A DNA stretch of 63,999 bases, filler included, from Jimgerdemannia flammicorona (Eukaryota): assembly GCA_003990765.1 (NCBI GenBank). It is 3 parts of 3 records of this genome, joined end to end, with 100 filler letters (N's around TTAATTAATTAA, not from the genome) between each part and the next. Parts side by side here need not be neighbours in the genome. Positions count along the whole stretch, not along the records: positions 42,847 to 63,999 come from RBNJ01001514.1; 2 more parts are not named here. One strand, given 5' to 3'. The stretch's first letter is position 1. Each line of letters begins with the position of its first letter. Position numbers and translations under genes: made by a program. The notes under the pieces were generated by a model. The model was not told the DNA's origin. It saw only the letters and a program-made list of their open reading frames with translations, and did no database searches. Shown here in pieces: positions 63,477 to 63,999 of this stretch.

Positions 63477-63733
63477 CTAAGTAAACAATCAAGATAAAAA
63501 GAGAAAAGGTGGCTAAGTTTTAAGAAAAATCTAAGAAGTGGAGCAAAAGACAAAAATAAGAATTATTGGGTAAAATAAAGAAGTTAAGAGCCAAAGTGAA
63601 AAGATTAAAAAAACTCACCCTGCAAGAGCTAATTAATGAAATCAATGAATTAAAAGCCTAATTATAACAGAATGGTCAATTAACTGCTCAAATTGAGGTT
63701 AAAAAGTGACCTTGATTGAAAATAAGAAAGTAA
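61991..63733 (+). pseudogene. Decayed Cys/coiled-coil ORF, probably endobacterial, split by a poly(A) retroposon
   Basis: 5' part 61991-62241 (...LPKC...IDTNID...CNC...AFYE...LKETE) continues after 63487 (IKIKREKVAKF...ELINEINELKA...TAQIEVKK-TGA-P-TGA-LKIRK*). Confidence 0.6.
62242..63474 (+). mobile_element. Truncated non-LTR (LINE-like) insertion with poly(A) tail
   Basis: AATAAA at 63383 and ~62-nt poly(A) at 63413-63474; TSD GACTGAGTAAATA (62229-62241) versus GACTAAGTAAACA (63475-63487). Confidence 0.75.
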
Positions 63734-63812
63734 TTCCAATATTATCAAATGTTCACTTTGTCTGATTTTGTTGCAGCATGCCTCAAATTTATGGATTGGC
63801 TAGTTGACCAAG

Positions 63813-63897
63813 TGGCCAGGGTGGCTCGGCCAGTTGGCTGTAAATTTAAGGCCGAGCCACCCTGGCCAGCCATTGGCCATATGGCCAGAGATCCCTA
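63813..63897. repeat. Perfect 19-bp inverted repeat and probable hAT-like transposon end
   Basis: TGGCCAGGGTGGCTCGGCC (63813-63831) pairs with 63850-63868; TGGCCA repeats end in ...GATCCCTA (TAGGGAT on the minus strand). Confidence 0.55.
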
Positions 63898-63999
63898 GTT
63901 TGAAGTGATGTCGTCACCCTCTGTGGCCAGAAATGCCGTTTTGTTATGATTCAAATTCGTCACCATTCAAAGATACGATCCACCAATTTGAGATTACTA

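Overview
Eukaryotic, intron-containing fungal DNA. Gene content and endobacterium-like inserts suggest Mucoromycota, possibly Endogonales (inference). It consists of three contigs joined by N-spacers at 21325-21424 and 42747-42846. Positions 3.4-32.5 kb are a stack of nested Ty3/Gypsy LTR retrotransposons from three families (called A, B and C here), all with a dUTPase and all decayed mainly by C>T/G>A changes; two insertions have exact 5-bp TSDs. The main observation is that families A (2.0-kb LTR) and B (1.5-kb LTR) each carry a complete extra gene inside the U3 part of the LTR, preceded by TGAGTCA and TATA motifs. The two proteins are recognisably homologous although the LTR DNA shows no similarity by eye; one copy (18607-19704) is intact. 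The second major observation is at 60.5-63.7 kb: closely packed, AT-rich, intronless ORFs that read best with TGA=Trp and resemble Mollicutes-related endobacterium genes, with a poly(A)-tailed retroposon and its TSD inserted in one of them, which argues for nuclear integration. Host genes include a Cys-rich GPI-like protein, an NB-ARC-TPR NLR pseudogene, an MFS transporter, a double-vWA fragment and a PP2-PP2-beta-propeller-TRP-like channel gene with a duplicated first exon. All alignments were done by eye; no database searches were run.
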